Shown piece by piece: positions 28,557-41,607 of a stretch of 64,000 nucleotides of DNA. Source of the stretch: an uncultured SAR86 cluster bacterium (lineage in GTDB: Bacteria > Pseudomonadota > Gammaproteobacteria > Magnimaribacterales > AG-339-G14). Position 1 is the stretch's first letter, and the number at the start of each line of letters is the position of its first letter. Where the stretch lies: positions 34,162-98,161 of the forward strand of contig CASICS010000009.1 in the NCBI GenBank assembly GCA_949373255.1, written 5' to 3'. The translations under genes and the position numbers were made by a program. The notes beneath the pieces are model-generated. The model did not search any database, was not told the DNA's origin, and was given only the letters and a program-made list of their open reading frames with translations.

Positions 28557-31500
28557 ATGGCTGAAAATTATTCCTTTGCAGAAAAGAAACGAATTAGAAA
28601 AAGTTTTGAAAAGATTTCGAGTGTCATGGCCTTGCCTGATATTTTAGAAGTTCAAACCAATTCATATCAACATTTTTTGCAAAGCGCCATATCCAAAGAA
28701 AAAAGATTAGATCAAGGTTTGGAGCATGTTTTCAAATCTATTTTTCCGATCGTGAGTGTTTCAGGTAATGCAAAAATAGACTATCTTGGTTATGAACTAG
28801 AAGATCCTAAGTTCGACGTTGTAGAATGTCTACCAAGAGCCAAAACATACGAAGCTCCTTTGCATATCTGGTGCAGAATAACTTTTATAGATAAATCTAC
28901 TGGCGAAGAAAACTTAAAAAGCGCTAGAGACGAAAGGGTTTACATGGGAACCATGCCCTTGATGACCGAACATGGAACTTTCGTAATTAATGGAACAGAA
29001 AGAGTAGTTGTATCTCAGCTGCACAGATCACCTGGTCTAATATTTGACCATGACAAAGGAAAGACACATTCATCTGGGAAACTTTTATATTCTTCAAGGG
29101 TAATTCCTTATAGAGGCTCGTGGCTTGATTTTGAGTTTGACCATAAAGACTTGGTCTACATAAGGATTGATAGAAGAAGAAAACTTTACGCTTCTATCCT
29201 ATTGAAATCTCTTGGTCTTACTTCTCAAGAAATTTTAGATACTTTTTATGAAAACGAATCTTATACTGCTAATAGAAATGGTAATTATACGCTCACTTTA
29301 AATACACAAAAATTAGTTGGAAGATTAGCTCCAATAGACATTCTTTCAAAAGATGGCAGCGTAATTATTGAGCAAGGAAAAAGAATTACTGCGAGACACA
29401 TTAGATTAATTGAATCTAATAAAAAGAAAACACTAGAGCTCCCAAAAGAGGCTTTATATGGATTAGCTTTATCTAAAGATTACATTGATGAAGCATCTGG
29501 AGAGATTTTATTTGCGTGTAATTCATTAATAGATGAAGAACTCCTCGCTGCTTTAGAAGAAGCAAAAATAAAAGAAATAAGTGTTCTATACATTAATGAA
29601 TTAGAATCCGGTCCTTATATTTCTGACACATTAAGAGCTGACACTACTGCAACTAGTCTAGAGGCGCTTGCAGAAATATATAGAATGATGCGTCCAGGAG
29701 AGCCTCCTACAAAAGAAGCAGCTACCTTATTGTTTGAAAATCTTTTCTTCAATGCTGACAAATATGATTTATCTGATGTAGGAAGGATGAAATTTAATAA
29801 GCGCTTGGGAAGAGATGCGCTTGATGGAGATGGAACATTAACTAAGGAAGATATTCTCGAAGTAATGAAAACTTTGGTAGATATTAGAAATGGTAAGCAA
29901 AATTGCGATGATATTGACCATCTAGGTAATAGAAGAATCAGATCGGTCGGAGAAATGGTAGCTAATCAGGTGAGAGTTGGATTGCTAAGAGTCGAAAGGG
30001 CTGTAAGAGAAAGATTGAATGTTGCCGAAACTGAAGGCTTTGGCCCATCAGATTTAATTAATGCAAAACCTGTAACAGCTGCGATTAATGAATTCTTTGG
30101 TTCAAGTCAGTTATCCCAATTCATGGATCAAAATAATCCTTTATCCGAAGTGACTCACAAAAGAAGAGTATCTGCACTGGGCCCTGGAGGCTTAACCAGA
30201 GAAAGAGCCGGTTTTGAGGTTAGAGATGTTCACCCTACTCATTACGGTAGAGTTTGTCCTATCGAAACTCCTGAAGGACCAAATATTGGTCTAATAAACT
30301 CTCTTTCTGTATATGCAAGAGTTAACGAATATGGATTTTTAGAAACTCCTTACAGAGAAGTAAAGAATGGAAAAATATCTGAAGATATTAAATTTGTTTC
30401 AGCTATAGAAGAAGGAGAATTTGTAATTGCTCAAGCAAGTGCAAAATTTGATAAGAATAATAAATTTACTGAAGAATTGGTCCCTGTTAGATACAGAAAT
30501 GAGTTTGAGCTGATGAATCCAGATCGTATAGATCTTATGGATGTATCTCCTCAACAAGTCGTTTCAATTGCAGCTGCATTAATTCCATTCTTAGAGCATG
30601 ACGATGCTAACAGAGCATTGATGGGTTCTAACATGATGAGACAAGCAGTTCCTACTTTATCAACAGAGACTCCTTTAGTTGGAACTGGAATGGAGAGAAC
30701 TGTAGCTAGATATTCTGGAGATTGTGTAATCGCAAGAAATACTGGAGTTATAGAAAAAGTAGACTCTGGAAAAATTGTTGTTAGAAAGAATCTTAAAGAT
30801 ATTAGTGGAACAGGATCTGCAGTTGATATTTATAATTTAATTAAATATACGAGATCAAATCAAAATACATGCATTAATCAAAGACCCATAGTCAAAGAAG
30901 GAGATAAAGTCGTTCAGGGAGATATCTTAGCTGATGGTTCTTCAATTGATCTAGGTGAGTTAGCTCTAGGTCAGAACATCAAAATTGCATTTATGCCTTG
31001 GCACGGATATAACTATGAAGATTCAATTCTCATATCTGATAGGTTGGTGCAAGAAGACAAACTTACAAGTATTCATATTATGGAAGAAACTTGCACATCC
31101 AGAGACACAAAATTAGGTCCGGATGAAATTACTTCAGATATTCCAAACGTAGGTGACTCTGCTTTATCTAAATTAGATGAATGTGGAATCGTTCACATAG
31201 GCGCGGAAGTGAATGCAGGTGATATTTTAGTTGGAAAAGTTACGCCAAAAGGCGAGACTCAACTTTCTCCTGAAGAAAAACTACTCAGAGCGATCTTTGG
31301 AGAAAAGGCTTCTGATGTTAAAGATACATCTTTAAGGGTTAAATCAGGTCAAGATGGAACCGTCATTGATGTGAAGATATTCACAAGAGAAGGTTTGGAA
31401 AAAAATGCTAGAGCATCAGTTATTGAGTCTGTATCTCTTGCTGAAATTCAAAAAGATATTGATCAGGAATTTGAGATTGTATCTTTAGCCACTCTTAATT

Positions 31501-32636
31501 CGTTAAAATCATCTTTATTAGGAAAAAAAGTAATAAGCGGCAGAGGATTGTCAAAAGGAGACTCTTTAACTGAAGAATTTTTAGCTGAATTAGCTCCTTC
31601 TGAATGGTTCAAACTAAGGATGAAGGATGAACCTTTAAATGATTCTATCAAGGAAGCAAAAGATAAGTTGAAAGCTTATGAAGATGATTTAAAGAAAAAA
31701 TTTGAAGATAAAAAATTAAAAATCATTTCAGGTGATGACTTGCAACCTGGAGTGCAACAAGTCATTAAAGTTTACTTAGCGGTTAAAAGAAGAATACAGC
31801 CCGGTGATAAATTAGCTGGGAGACATGGAAACAAAGGAGTTATTTCAGTAATCATGCCTGTGGAAGATATGCCCTTCGATGAAAATGGAGAACCGGTAGA
31901 CGTTGTGCTTAATCCTCTTGGTGTCCCTTCAAGAATGAATGTCGGACAGTTAATGGAAACACATTTAGGTTGGGCTTCGAAAGAGCTTGGAAGAAAAATT
32001 GGTGAGTTAATTAACAATGCCAATAACTTAGCAGAGACAAAGAAATTTGTTGAGAAAGTTTATTCTTCAACCGGAAGATCAGAAGATTTATCCAAGTTGA
32101 GTGATAAAGAATTCAAAGAGCTTTGCGGAAATCTTAAAACTGGAGTTCCTATGGCAACACCAGTATTCGATGGAGCTTCAGAACAGGAAATTAAGAGTAT
32201 GCTTGAGTTAGCTGGATTGCCTACTTCTGGTCAAACAACACTGTTTGATGGAAGAACTGGAGATGCATTTGAAAGACCAGTCACAATTGGTTACATGTAT
32301 ATCTTAAAACTGAACCATTTAATTGAAGACAAAATGCACGCAAGATCAACGGGTTCCTACAGTCTTGTTACTCAGCAACCTCTCGGTGGTAAAGCTCAAT
32401 TCGGTGGCCAAAGACTTGGTGAAATGGAAGTTTGGGCATTAGAAGCATATGGCGCAGCTCACACACTTCAAGAAATGCTAACGGTTAAATCTGATGATGT
32501 GCCAGGTAGAACAAAGGTCTACAAAAATATAGTTGATGGAAATTATGAAATGGAATCAGGTATTCCTGAATCCTATAATGTACTAACAAAAGAAATCAGA
32601 TCTCTTGGAATAGATATCGATTTCACAGAGGTGTAA
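28557..32636 (+). CDS. rpoB: DNA-directed RNA polymerase beta subunit
   Basis: 1359 aa. [33 protein letters not shown] (Rif region) and [10 protein letters not shown]. Confidence 0.99.
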   Translation: MAENYSFAEKKRIRKSFEKISSVMALPDILEVQTNSYQHFLQSAISKEKRLDQGLEHVFKSIFPIVSVSGNAKIDYLGYELEDPKFDVVECLPRAKTYEAPLHIWCRITFIDKSTGEENLKSARDERVYMGTMPLMTEHGTFVINGTERVVVSQLHRSPGLIFDHDKGKTHSSGKLLYSSRVIPYRGSWLDFEFDHKDLVYIRIDRRRKLYASILLKSLGLTSQEILDTFYENESYTANRNGNYTLTLNTQKLVGRLAPIDILSKDGSVIIEQGKRITARHIRLIESNKKKTLELPKEALYGLALSKDYIDEASGEILFACNSLIDEELLAALEEAKIKEISVLYINELESGPYISDTLRADTTATSLEALAEIYRMMRPGEPPTKEAATLLFENLFFNADKYDLSDVGRMKFNKRLGRDALDGDGTLTKEDILEVMKTLVDIRNGKQNCDDIDHLGNRRIRSVGEMVANQVRVGLLRVERAVRERLNVAETEGFGPSDLINAKPVTAAINEFFGSSQLSQFMDQNNPLSEVTHKRRVSALGPGGLTRERAGFEVRDVHPTHYGRVCPIETPEGPNIGLINSLSVYARVNEYGFLETPYREVKNGKISEDIKFVSAIEEGEFVIAQASAKFDKNNKFTEELVPVRYRNEFELMNPDRIDLMDVSPQQVVSIAAALIPFLEHDDANRALMGSNMMRQAVPTLSTETPLVGTGMERTVARYSGDCVIARNTGVIEKVDSGKIVVRKNLKDISGTGSAVDIYNLIKYTRSNQNTCINQRPIVKEGDKVVQGDILADGSSIDLGELALGQNIKIAFMPWHGYNYEDSILISDRLVQEDKLTSIHIMEETCTSRDTKLGPDEITSDIPNVGDSALSKLDECGIVHIGAEVNAGDILVGKVTPKGETQLSPEEKLLRAIFGEKASDVKDTSLRVKSGQDGTVIDVKIFTREGLEKNARASVIESVSLAEIQKDIDQEFEIVSLATLNSLKSSLLGKKVISGRGLSKGDSLTEEFLAELAPSEWFKLRMKDEPLNDSIKEAKDKLKAYEDDLKKKFEDKKLKIISGDDLQPGVQQVIKVYLAVKRRIQPGDKLAGRHGNKGVISVIMPVEDMPFDENGEPVDVVLNPLGVPSRMNVGQLMETHLGWASKELGRKIGELINNANNLAETKKFVEKVYSSTGRSEDLSKLSDKEFKELCGNLKTGVPMATPVFDGASEQEIKSMLELAGLPTSGQTTLFDGRTGDAFERPVTIGYMYILKLNHLIEDKMHARSTGSYSLVTQQPLGGKAQFGGQRLGEMEVWALEAYGAAHTLQEMLTVKSDDVPGRTKVYKNIVDGNYEMESGIPESYNVLTKEIRSLGIDIDFTEV

Positions 32637-32643
32637 TAGTTTT

Positions 32644-35600
32644 ATGAAAGATTTACTTAAATTATTTAATCAGGATAAAGATGATAACTTTAACGCAATT
32701 AAAGCTGGATTAGCTTCACCTCAGCAAGTTAGGTCATGGTCTTTTGGTGAAGTTAAGAAGCCAGAAACAATAAACTATAGAACTTTTAAGCCAGAAAGAG
32801 ATGGCTTGTTTTGCGCAAAGATTTTTGGACCTGTAAAAGATTACGAATGTATTTGTGGAAAATATAAAAGAATGAAGCATCGTGGAGTGGTCTGCGAAAA
32901 ATGCGGTGTTGAAGTAACTTTAGCTAAAGTTAGAAGAGAAAGAATGGGCCACATAGAACTTGCAGCGCCAGTAGCTCATATTTGGTTTTTAAAATCATTG
33001 CCGTCAAGAATTTCACTTTTATTAGATATGACCTTAAGAGAAATAGAAAGAATTCTTTATTTTGAATCCTTTGTTGTCACTGAGCCAGGCATGACCGACT
33101 TAGAAAAAGGTCAAATTTTAGATGAAGAGGAATACTTCGAAGCTCTAGAAACATATGGTGAAGAATTTGAAGCAGGAATGGGAGCAGAATCTGTAAAAAT
33201 TCTTCTTTCTGAAATGAATTTAGAAGAAGAAATTGCAGAAGTAGTTAGTTTGATTGAAGGAACTAATAGCGAAGCTAAAATAAAAAAATTATCTAAAAGA
33301 TTAAAAATTCTTAAAGGATTTGTTAACTCCTCAAATAAACCAGAATGGATGATTTTAGATGTTTTGCCTATTCTTCCACCAGATTTAAGACCTTTAGTTC
33401 CTCTTGAAGGGGGGCGTTTTGCTACATCTGATTTAAATGATCTTTATAGAAGGGTTATCAATAGAAATAACAGACTTAAAAGACTTCTTGAGCTAAGTGC
33501 TCCTGAAATTATAGTAAGGAACGAAAAAAGAATGTTACAAGAATCTGTAGACGCTCTTCTTGACAACGGTAGAAGAGGAAGAGCCATCACTGGTTCGAAT
33601 AAAAGACCCCTTAAATCTTTATCAGACATGATAAAAGGTAAGCAAGGAAGATTCAGACAAAATCTACTAGGAAAGCGAGTAGATTATTCTGGAAGATCGG
33701 TAATTGTAGTTGGACCTACTCTTAAATTGCATCAATGCGGGCTTCCTAAGAAAATGGCTTTAGAACTTTTTAAACCTTTTGTGTTTGGAAAGCTTCAAAA
33801 TTTAGAATTAGCTACTACTATAAAGGGAGCTAAGAGAATGGTAGAAAGAGAAGAGCCTGTTGTTTGGGATATTCTTGCAGATGTAATTCGTGAACATCCT
33901 ATCTTACTGAATAGAGCGCCAACTCTTCATAGGCTTGGAATTCAAGCTTTTGAACCAATTCTTATTGAAGGTAAAGCAATCCAACTTCACCCACTAGTTT
34001 GTAAAGCATACAATGCCGATTTTGATGGAGATCAAATGGCTGTTCATGTTCCCTTAACACTAGAGTCTCAAATAGAGTGCAGAGCTTTGATGATGGCTAG
34101 TAATAATATTTTATCTCCTTCTAACGGTAAACCAATTATTGACCCATCTCAGGATGTAGTTTTAGGTCTTTATTATATGACAAGATCTAGAATAAACTCT
34201 AAAGGCGAAGGATCAATATTTGCTGACTGCGATGAAGCAATGAGAGCTTATAGTACAGACAATGTTGGGCTTCAGGCTAAAGTTAAGGTTCGAATTAAAG
34301 ATTCAGAAGGTAACTTAGAATTAGTTGATACTACTGTAGGTCGATCAATTCTTTGGGGAGTTGTTCCCGAAGGCCTATCTTTTGATAAGGTGAATAAGAC
34401 CTTAACAAGCAAAGTTGTTTCAGATTTAATTAATACTTCATATAGGCACTGTGGACTGAAAGCCACGGTTATCTTTGCTGACCAGCTTAAGAATTTAGGA
34501 TATGAATATTCTACTAAGTCAGGGTCATCAATATGTGTGGATGATTGTGTTATTCCAGATAACAAAGAAAGTATAATTACTAAAGCAGAAGGCGAAGTAA
34601 AAGAAATAGAAGCTCAATATTCCTCCGGCCTAGTTACTCAAGGAGAAAAATATAACAAGGTAATAGACATTTGGTCCAGAGCTAATGAGACAGTTGCAAG
34701 TTCTTTAATGGATACAATATCTACGGATACTGTCATCAATAAAGAGGGCAAGGAGGAGCAAGAAGCTTCTTTCAATTCCGTTTTCATGTATCTAGACTCT
34801 GGAGCAAGAAGCTCGCCTGCCCAGGTAAGACAACTTTCTGGCATGAGAGGGCTAATGGCCAAGCCAGATGGATCAATCATTGAAACTCCAATAACAGCTA
34901 ACTTCAGAGAAGGATTGACCGTACTTCAGTACTTTACCTCAACCCATGGAGCTAGAAAGGGTCTAGCAGATACAGCTTTAAAAACAGCAAATTCAGGTTA
35001 CCTAACAAGAAGACTAGTAGATGTTGCTCAGGATTTAGTTATCAGAGAAGAAGATTGTGGAACTGACGAAGGTTTAGAATTAAGAACTATTGTAGAAGGT
35101 GGTGAAGTAGTTCAACCACTTAAAGATAGAATTTTAGGTAGAGTGATTGCAGAAGATATTGTCTCAAAGGATGGTGAATTCAAACTCAAGAAAGGTACTT
35201 TAATAGATGAAGATCTTGCAGATGCTCTATATAAAAATAATATTAATTTTGCCAAAGTAAGATCTGCGATAACTTGCGAAACAAGTTTTGGAATTTGTTC
35301 AAATTGTTACGGAAGAGATTTGGGAAGAGGTCATCTTGTAGATCCAGGAGAAGCTGTAGGAATTGTAGCTGCTCAATCTATCGGTGAGCCCGGAACACAG
35401 TTAACCATGAGAACATTCCACATCGGTGGGGCTGCGTCTAGATCTTCTGAAGTAGATAAGATTGAAGTTAAGTTCGATGGAGTTGTTCAATATAAAAATA
35501 TTAGCTCAGTTCAAAATAAAGATAAAAAAGAAGTTTGCACATCTCGATCTGCTGAAATAATTCTATTAGATGAAAACGATGCTGAACGAGAAAGGTATAA

Positions 35601-36810
35601 GTTACCTTACGGCGCTATCTTAAGCACTAAAGATGGAGCTTCTGTTAAATCTGGAGAAGTTATAGCAAATTGGGACCCTCTAAATCATCCAATTATCTCT
35701 GAAGTTAAAGGAAAGGCTAATCTTATTGATATGGAAAGTGGAATATCAGTAAGGGTTGTAGATGATTCTCTTACGGGACTTTCTAGTATTGAAGTCTTAG
35801 ATGCTGCCGAAAGAACTGCAGCTGGAAAAGACTTAACACCAACTATTTCAATAGTAGATGGCAAGGGAAATGAAGTTTTATTGCCTAATGGAAAAAGACC
35901 TGCTAATTACGTTTTAGAGCAAAAATCTCTGGTCAATGTTTCTGCCGGTCAAGCTATCAATGTAGGTGATGTAATTGCAAGAATACCTAAAGAATCTTCT
36001 AAAACGAAAGATATTACCGGTGGCCTTCCTCGAGTTGCAGATCTGTTTGAAGCTAGGAAACCCAAAGAAGTTGCTATCTTAGCTGAAATGACAGGAATAG
36101 TTTCTTGGGGAAAAGAAACTAAAGGGAAAAGAAGGTTGATCATTACTGGTAAAGAAGGCACTGATGAAGTAATAAGCGAAAATCTTATAGCTAAAACAAG
36201 AAGTATTAACGTATTTGAAGGTGAAACTGTAAACAAAGGCGATGTAATAAGTGAAGGTTCATTGAGCCCGCATGATATTTTAGCTCTTAAAGGTGTTGCA
36301 GAATTAACAGACTACGTAGTTAATGAAATTCAAGACGTTTACAGACTTCAAGGGGTTGAAATTAGTGATAAGCATATCGAATGTATTCTTAGACAAATGC
36401 TTAAGAAAGTTGAAATAACCTCAATAGGAGATTCTAATTTTATTATGGGAGATCAAGTTGAATATTCCGAAGTTGTAAATATTAATAAGAAATTAATTTC
36501 TGAAGGTAACACTCCAGCAACCTTTAATAGAATGCTTCTTGGTATTACTAAAGCTTCTTTAGCAACTGAATCATTTATTTCAGCTGCTTCATTCCAAGAA
36601 ACAACAAGAGTTCTAACTGAAGCTGCTGTTACAGGAAAGGTAGACAAATTAAGAGGTCTTAAAGAAAACGTTGTCATTGGAAGGTTGGTCCCTTCAGGAA
36701 CTGGATATAATGTTAGAGAAGAAGAAAAAGATACATCTATCTCCGATTTTGAATCTGAAATGGCAGATGCAATGGACAATGAAGAAACTAAATCCGAAGA
36801 TGGTAAATAA
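32644..36810 (+). CDS. rpoC: DNA-directed RNA polymerase beta' subunit
   Basis: 1388 aa. Zn-finger CICGKYK..CEKCGV, catalytic [12 protein letters not shown], and trigger-loop/bridge-helix blocks. Confidence 0.99.
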   Translation: MKDLLKLFNQDKDDNFNAIKAGLASPQQVRSWSFGEVKKPETINYRTFKPERDGLFCAKIFGPVKDYECICGKYKRMKHRGVVCEKCGVEVTLAKVRRERMGHIELAAPVAHIWFLKSLPSRISLLLDMTLREIERILYFESFVVTEPGMTDLEKGQILDEEEYFEALETYGEEFEAGMGAESVKILLSEMNLEEEIAEVVSLIEGTNSEAKIKKLSKRLKILKGFVNSSNKPEWMILDVLPILPPDLRPLVPLEGGRFATSDLNDLYRRVINRNNRLKRLLELSAPEIIVRNEKRMLQESVDALLDNGRRGRAITGSNKRPLKSLSDMIKGKQGRFRQNLLGKRVDYSGRSVIVVGPTLKLHQCGLPKKMALELFKPFVFGKLQNLELATTIKGAKRMVEREEPVVWDILADVIREHPILLNRAPTLHRLGIQAFEPILIEGKAIQLHPLVCKAYNADFDGDQMAVHVPLTLESQIECRALMMASNNILSPSNGKPIIDPSQDVVLGLYYMTRSRINSKGEGSIFADCDEAMRAYSTDNVGLQAKVKVRIKDSEGNLELVDTTVGRSILWGVVPEGLSFDKVNKTLTSKVVSDLINTSYRHCGLKATVIFADQLKNLGYEYSTKSGSSICVDDCVIPDNKESIITKAEGEVKEIEAQYSSGLVTQGEKYNKVIDIWSRANETVASSLMDTISTDTVINKEGKEEQEASFNSVFMYLDSGARSSPAQVRQLSGMRGLMAKPDGSIIETPITANFREGLTVLQYFTSTHGARKGLADTALKTANSGYLTRRLVDVAQDLVIREEDCGTDEGLELRTIVEGGEVVQPLKDRILGRVIAEDIVSKDGEFKLKKGTLIDEDLADALYKNNINFAKVRSAITCETSFGICSNCYGRDLGRGHLVDPGEAVGIVAAQSIGEPGTQLTMRTFHIGGAASRSSEVDKIEVKFDGVVQYKNISSVQNKDKKEVCTSRSAEIILLDENDAERERYKLPYGAILSTKDGASVKSGEVIANWDPLNHPIISEVKGKANLIDMESGISVRVVDDSLTGLSSIEVLDAAERTAAGKDLTPTISIVDGKGNEVLLPNGKRPANYVLEQKSLVNVSAGQAINVGDVIARIPKESSKTKDITGGLPRVADLFEARKPKEVAILAEMTGIVSWGKETKGKRRLIITGKEGTDEVISENLIAKTRSINVFEGETVNKGDVISEGSLSPHDILALKGVAELTDYVVNEIQDVYRLQGVEISDKHIECILRQMLKKVEITSIGDSNFIMGDQVEYSEVVNINKKLISEGNTPATFNRMLLGITKASLATESFISAASFQETTRVLTEAAVTGKVDKLRGLKENVVIGRLVPSGTGYNVREEEKDTSISDFESEMADAMDNEETKSEDGK

Positions 36811-36814
36811 TCAT

Positions 36815-36843
36815 TTGACCCATATGCATTACATACTTACAAT
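36815..36843 (+). promoter_or_regulatory. candidate str-operon promoter (TTGACC-17-TACAAT)
   Basis: TTGACC (36815-36820), a 17-nt spacer and TACAAT (36838-36843) in the 47-nt rpoC-rpsL spacer. The -10 ends only 14 nt before the rpsL ATG. Confidence 0.4.
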
Positions 36844-36857
36844 CGCAACTCAAAATT

Positions 36858-37229
36858 ATGACAACAGTTAATCAATTAATAAGAAAGCCAAGAAAAACAA
36901 AGAAGGTCAAAAGTGGCGTTCCTGCTTTAAATGGATCTCCTCAAAAAAGAGGTGTGTGCACTAGGGTTTATACAACAACTCCTAAAAAACCAAATTCTGC
37001 TTTAAGAAAGGTTTGTAAAGTGAGACTTACATCTGGCTACGAGGTTATTTCTTATATTGGTGGCGAAGGTCATAACCTTCAAGAACACTCGGTTGTTTTG
37101 CTTAGAGGCGGAAGAGTAAAAGACTTACCTGGTGTCAGATACCATACTGTAAGAGGGACGCTTGATACCACTGGAGTTGATGATCGTAAACAAAGAAGAT
37201 CTAAATATGGATCTAAAAAACCTAAATAA
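36858..37229 (+). CDS. rpsL: 30S ribosomal protein S12
   Basis: [12 protein letters not shown]...[25 protein letters not shown], colinear with E. coli S12. Confidence 0.99.
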   Translation: MTTVNQLIRKPRKTKKVKSGVPALNGSPQKRGVCTRVYTTTPKKPNSALRKVCKVRLTSGYEVISYIGGEGHNLQEHSVVLLRGGRVKDLPGVRYHTVRGTLDTTGVDDRKQRRSKYGSKKPK

Positions 37230-37234
37230 GAAAA

Positions 37235-37705
37235 ATGCCTAGAAAAGGACCAATCCCAAAAAGAGTAATTTTACCAGATCCAAAATATGGAAATCTGAAA
37301 CTTGCTAAATTTGTTAACAATCTAATGGAAAGAGGAAAAAAAAGTACAGCAGAAAAAATTATATATTCAGCTTTAGAAGAAATTTCAACTAAAGCAAAAA
37401 GAGACCCATTGGAAGTGTTTGAAGAAGCATTAGATCAAGTAGGTCCTCACGTCGAAGTAAAATCAAGAAGAGTTGGTGGAGCGACTTACCAAGTTCCACT
37501 AGAAGTTAAATCCGGAAGAAAAATGGCTTTAGCGATGCGTTGGATAGTAACGAGTGCAAAAAAAAGATCAGAGAAAAAAATGTCTACTAAATTAGCAAAT
37601 GAACTTATGGAAGCTTCTGATGGAAAAGGAGAGGCAGTCAAGAAAAGACAAGATACACATAAAATGGCCGAGGCAAATAAAGCTTTTTCTCATTTTAGAT
37701 TTTAA
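37235..37705 (+). CDS. rpsG: 30S ribosomal protein S7
   Basis: MPRKG...LPDPKYG N-terminus, 156 aa, follows rpsL. Confidence 0.98.
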   Translation: MPRKGPIPKRVILPDPKYGNLKLAKFVNNLMERGKKSTAEKIIYSALEEISTKAKRDPLEVFEEALDQVGPHVEVKSRRVGGATYQVPLEVKSGRKMALAMRWIVTSAKKRSEKKMSTKLANELMEASDGKGEAVKKRQDTHKMAEANKAFSHFRF

Positions 37706-37726
37706 TAATATTTTTAAGGATTTGAT

Positions 37727-39841
37727 ATGAGCTCTAGAAAAGTTCCACTAAATTTATATAGAAACATTGGTATCTGTGCTCACGTAGATGCAGGCAAGAC
37801 CACAACTACTGAAAGAGTTCTCTACTACACTGGTATTTCTCATAAAATTGGAGAAGTACATGATGGTGCAGCCACTATGGACTGGATGGAGCAAGAACAA
37901 GAGCGAGGGATAACAATAACTTCAGCCGCAACAACATGTTTTTGGAGCGGCATGAGAAAGAACTTCTCCGAACATAGAATAAATATTATTGATACGCCTG
38001 GGCACGTAGACTTTACTATTGAAGTAGAAAGATCTCTAAGAGTTTTAGATGGAGCAGTTGTTGTTTTTTGTGGAAGTTCAGGTGTTGAGCCTCAGTCTGA
38101 AACAGTCTGGAGACAAGCCAATCGTTATAAGGTTCCTAGAATTGCATTTATAAATAAAATGGATAGAGCTGGCGCTGACTTTGAAAGAGTCGTCGAGCAA
38201 ATGAGAGCTAGGCTTGGAGCAGTAGCTGTTCCCATCCAACTGCCAATTGGAGCAGAAGATGATTTCGCTGGAATTATAGATTTAATCAAAATGAAAGCTT
38301 TGTATTGGGATGGGGATGACAAGGGTATTTCCTATGAAGAAAAAGATATTCCAGAGAATCTGTTAGAAAAATCTAAAAAGTATAGAGAAGAAATGTTAGA
38401 AAGCGTCGCTGAAGCAAGCGAAGAATTAATGGATAAATATCTAACTGATGGAGACTTATCTGAAGAAGAAATAAATGCAGGATTAAGAACAAGAACTTTA
38501 AACAATGAAATAGTAGTCTGTATCTGTGGATCTGCTTTTAAAAATAAAGGTGTTCAGCCAATGCTTGACGCCGTGATAGATTTTCTTCCATCACCAACAG
38601 AAGTAGAAGCTATTCAAGGTTTATTAGAAGATGAGGAGACTGTAGAATCTAGGAATTCTAGTGATGATGAGCCTTTTTCTGCATTAGCTTTTAAAATTGC
38701 TACCGATCCATTCGTAGGAACACTAACCTTTATTAGAGTTTATTCCGGCGTCTTGTCTCAAGGAGACGCAGTCTATGCTCCGGCAAAAAGATCTAAAGAA
38801 AGAGTTGGAAGAATGTTACAAATGCATGCTAACAATCGAGAAGAGATATCTGAAGTAAGAGCAGGCGATATAGCTGCTGTTATAGGACTTAAAGACGTAA
38901 CTACAGGAGATACTCTTTGTGATCTTAAAAAAACTATAATTTTAGAAAAAATGACTTTCCCTGAACCTGTTATATCAGTTGCAGTGGAGCCAAAAACAAA
39001 ATCAGATCAAGAAAAAATGGGCACAGCTTTAGGAAGGTTAGCTCAAGAAGATCCATCTTTTAGAGTTCAAACTGATCAAGAGTCAGGACAAACTATAATC
39101 TCAGGCATGGGTGAGCTACATCTTGATGTTTTGGTAGACAGAATGAGAAGAGAATTTGACGTAGAGGCGAATATAGGAAAACCACAAGTTGCCTATAGAG
39201 AATCAATTAGAAAATCTGTTGAATCAGAAGGAAAATTTGTTCGTCAATCTGGCGGTAAAGGTCAATATGGTCACGTATGGCTTAAAATAGAACCTCTGCC
39301 AGAAGAAGAAAAAGAAGACGAAAAGGAAACATTCCAATTTATTAATAAGATAGTAGGTGGAACTATCCCTAGAGAATTTATACCAGCAGTAGAAAAAGGT
39401 GCGAAAGAACAAATGGAATCTGGAGTTATAGCCGGATATCCTTTGATTGATGTAAAAGTTACTGTCTATGATGGTTCTTTTCATGATGTAGATTCGAGTG
39501 AAATAGCTTTTAAAGTAGCGTCATCAATGGCCGTAAGGGATGGAGCCTTAAAAGCAAATCCAGCTTTATTAGAGCCAATAATGAAACTAGAAGTTGTTAC
39601 ACCTGAAGAGTATATGGGAGATGTTGTTGGAGATTTAAATAGAAGAAGAGGAATAGTTTCGGGAATGACAGATGTCCATGCCGGAAAAGTCTTAGATGGA
39701 GAAGTCCCTCTGGCAGAAATGTTTGGATACGCTACCGATCTTAGATCTGCTACTCAAGGAAGGGCAACCTTCACCATGGAACCTCTTAAATATTCAGAAG
39801 TCCCTAATAACGTAGCTGAAGCAATAATAAGTAAAAATTAA
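37727..39841 (+). CDS. fusA: elongation factor G
   Basis: 704 aa. [27 protein letters not shown] and NKMDR G-domain motifs. Confidence 0.99.
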   Translation: MSSRKVPLNLYRNIGICAHVDAGKTTTTERVLYYTGISHKIGEVHDGAATMDWMEQEQERGITITSAATTCFWSGMRKNFSEHRINIIDTPGHVDFTIEVERSLRVLDGAVVVFCGSSGVEPQSETVWRQANRYKVPRIAFINKMDRAGADFERVVEQMRARLGAVAVPIQLPIGAEDDFAGIIDLIKMKALYWDGDDKGISYEEKDIPENLLEKSKKYREEMLESVAEASEELMDKYLTDGDLSEEEINAGLRTRTLNNEIVVCICGSAFKNKGVQPMLDAVIDFLPSPTEVEAIQGLLEDEETVESRNSSDDEPFSALAFKIATDPFVGTLTFIRVYSGVLSQGDAVYAPAKRSKERVGRMLQMHANNREEISEVRAGDIAAVIGLKDVTTGDTLCDLKKTIILEKMTFPEPVISVAVEPKTKSDQEKMGTALGRLAQEDPSFRVQTDQESGQTIISGMGELHLDVLVDRMRREFDVEANIGKPQVAYRESIRKSVESEGKFVRQSGGKGQYGHVWLKIEPLPEEEKEDEKETFQFINKIVGGTIPREFIPAVEKGAKEQMESGVIAGYPLIDVKVTVYDGSFHDVDSSEIAFKVASSMAVRDGALKANPALLEPIMKLEVVTPEEYMGDVVGDLNRRRGIVSGMTDVHAGKVLDGEVPLAEMFGYATDLRSATQGRATFTMEPLKYSEVPNNVAEAIISKN

Positions 39842-39869
39842 TAGTTAAAAAAAAGATTATAATTCCAGA

Positions 39870-40508
39870 ATGAATTTTCCATCTTGGTTAAAATGGTTCT
39901 CTTTCTTCATCGTTTTAACAACAACCTTAATAATTCCATTAATACTTTTAGAGGCTTCTTTTTCAATATATGGAGAAGAAGCTTTGGCTTGGTCGCAGGG
40001 AAATTTAATAGCAACTTCATTTATAGTTATATCTGCTTTAACTGCTGACGTTTTTCTTCCTGTCCCCAATGGTTTAACTAATACTTTGGCAGGGGTATCT
40101 CTTGGCTGGCCTTTAGCTTCATTAATAGTCTGGATAGGTATGAACTTTGGATGTATTTTTGGGTATACCATAGGAAGATTTGCTGGAAGACCATTAGCCA
40201 AGTTTATAGTTGGGGAAAAAGACTTAGTAAACGCTCAAAATACATCAAAGAAATTTGATGTTATCAGTTTAATTCTAGCCCGACCCGTACCGGCATTTGC
40301 GGAGTTAACCACATTGGCAGCAGGTATCACTAAAATGCCTTTTACTAAATTTTTAATTGTTACATCCATAGTAAACATAGCTGTTGCTGTTGTGTTTGCT
40401 GGATTAGGGGCTGCCGCATTAGCATCATCATCTGCAACTATTGCTTTTCTAGGCGCTGCTTTATTACCTGCAATTTTTTATTTTTTGTATAAAAAATTTA
40501 ACAATTAA
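39870..40508 (+). CDS. DedA / VTT (TVP38/TMEM64, SNARE-associated) family membrane protein
   Basis: 212 aa, polytopic. GYTIGRFAGRPL motif characteristic of the VTT/DedA domain. Lies 28 nt after fusA with no terminator in between. Confidence 0.7.
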   Translation: MNFPSWLKWFSFFIVLTTTLIIPLILLEASFSIYGEEALAWSQGNLIATSFIVISALTADVFLPVPNGLTNTLAGVSLGWPLASLIVWIGMNFGCIFGYTIGRFAGRPLAKFIVGEKDLVNAQNTSKKFDVISLILARPVPAFAELTTLAAGITKMPFTKFLIVTSIVNIAVAVVFAGLGAAALASSSATIAFLGAALLPAIFYFLYKKFNN

Positions 40509-40516
40509 TTTATAGG

Positions 40517-40545
40517 TTGACACTACCTCCTAGCGATCATAGAAT
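40517..40545 (+). promoter_or_regulatory. S10-operon promoter (TTGACA-17-TAGAAT)
   Basis: Perfect -35 TTGACA (40517-40522), a 17-nt spacer and TAGAAT (40540-40545), about 90 nt upstream of rpsJ. Confidence 0.6.
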
Positions 40546-40635
40546 TGCCGTCCATTTGCTTATTTAAAGCTGTTTACAGGTTTATTTAAGTAATAAGTTC
40601 TTTAACAATTTTGTATTTTTTTTGAGGTGTAGGTT

Positions 40636-40959
40636 TTGCAAAACCAAAACATAAGAATAAGGCTCAAAGCCTTTGATAACAGACTGATAGACAAGTCCGC
40701 TAAGGAAATTGTCGAAACAGTAAAAAGGACAGGAGCTCTTATAAAGGGTCCTATTCCTATGCCAGTGAGAAAAAGACTTACGACTATCCTTATTTCCCCT
40801 CACAAGGACAAGGACGCAAGAGATCAATACGAAATTAGAACTTATAAAAGAGTCATGGACATAATAAAGCCTACAGAAAAAACTGTAGATGCTCTGATGA
40901 AATTAGATTTATCTGCAGGTGTAGATGTTCAAATTTCTCTGGACGAATTAACTAAATAA
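40636..40959 (+). CDS. rpsJ: 30S ribosomal protein S10
   Basis: [14 protein letters not shown]..., colinear with E. coli S10 from residue 1. TTG start with GAGGTG SD. Confidence 0.98.
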   Translation: MQNQNIRIRLKAFDNRLIDKSAKEIVETVKRTGALIKGPIPMPVRKRLTTILISPHKDKDARDQYEIRTYKRVMDIIKPTEKTVDALMKLDLSAGVDVQISLDELTK

Positions 40960-40969
40960 GGTATTTAAA

Positions 40970-41605
40970 GTGATTGGTTTAATAGCGACAAAAGAAGGAA
41001 TGACTAGAATTTTCCAAGAAGATGGAAAATCAGTTCCTGTAAGCGTTTTAAAAGTAGATACAAACTATGTGTCTCAAATCAAAACAAACGAAACAGACGG
41101 TTATAATTCTGTTCAATTATCTTCTATTGACCAAAAAGAAAAAAATCAGTCTAAATCTAAACTTGGGCATCTTTTAAAAAATAATATTTCTTTAAAGAAA
41201 CATTTAAAAGAATTTAGAATTGAAACCTCAGAACTTGAAAGCCTAGAACTAGGTAAAGAATTTTCAGTTGATCTTTTTGAAGAAGGTCAATTAGTAGATG
41301 TATCTGGCGTATCAAAAGGTAAAGGCTTTGCTGGTACAGTAAAAAGATGGAATTTTGCTACTCAGGATGCAACACACGGTAATTCTCTAGCACACAGAAA
41401 ACCTGGTTCAATTGGGCAATGCCAAACTCCCGGAAGAGTTTGGAAGGGTAAAAAAATGGCAGGACACATGGGGCATGAAAGTAAGACAACTCAAAATCTA
41501 AAAGTTATAAGAGTTGATGGTGAAAATAATCTTCTTTTAGTCCGTGGCGCAGTTCCAGGTCCTAATGGTTCCTCAGTTGTTATAAAACCAGCAGTTAAGG
41601 CTTAA
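40970..41605 (+). CDS. rplC: 50S ribosomal protein L3
   Basis: MIGLIATKEGMTRIF (E. coli MIGLVGKKVGMTRIF). GTG start. Confidence 0.98.
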   Translation: MIGLIATKEGMTRIFQEDGKSVPVSVLKVDTNYVSQIKTNETDGYNSVQLSSIDQKEKNQSKSKLGHLLKNNISLKKHLKEFRIETSELESLELGKEFSVDLFEEGQLVDVSGVSKGKGFAGTVKRWNFATQDATHGNSLAHRKPGSIGQCQTPGRVWKGKKMAGHMGHESKTTQNLKVIRVDGENNLLLVRGAVPGPNGSSVVIKPAVKA

Positions 41606-41607
41606 CT

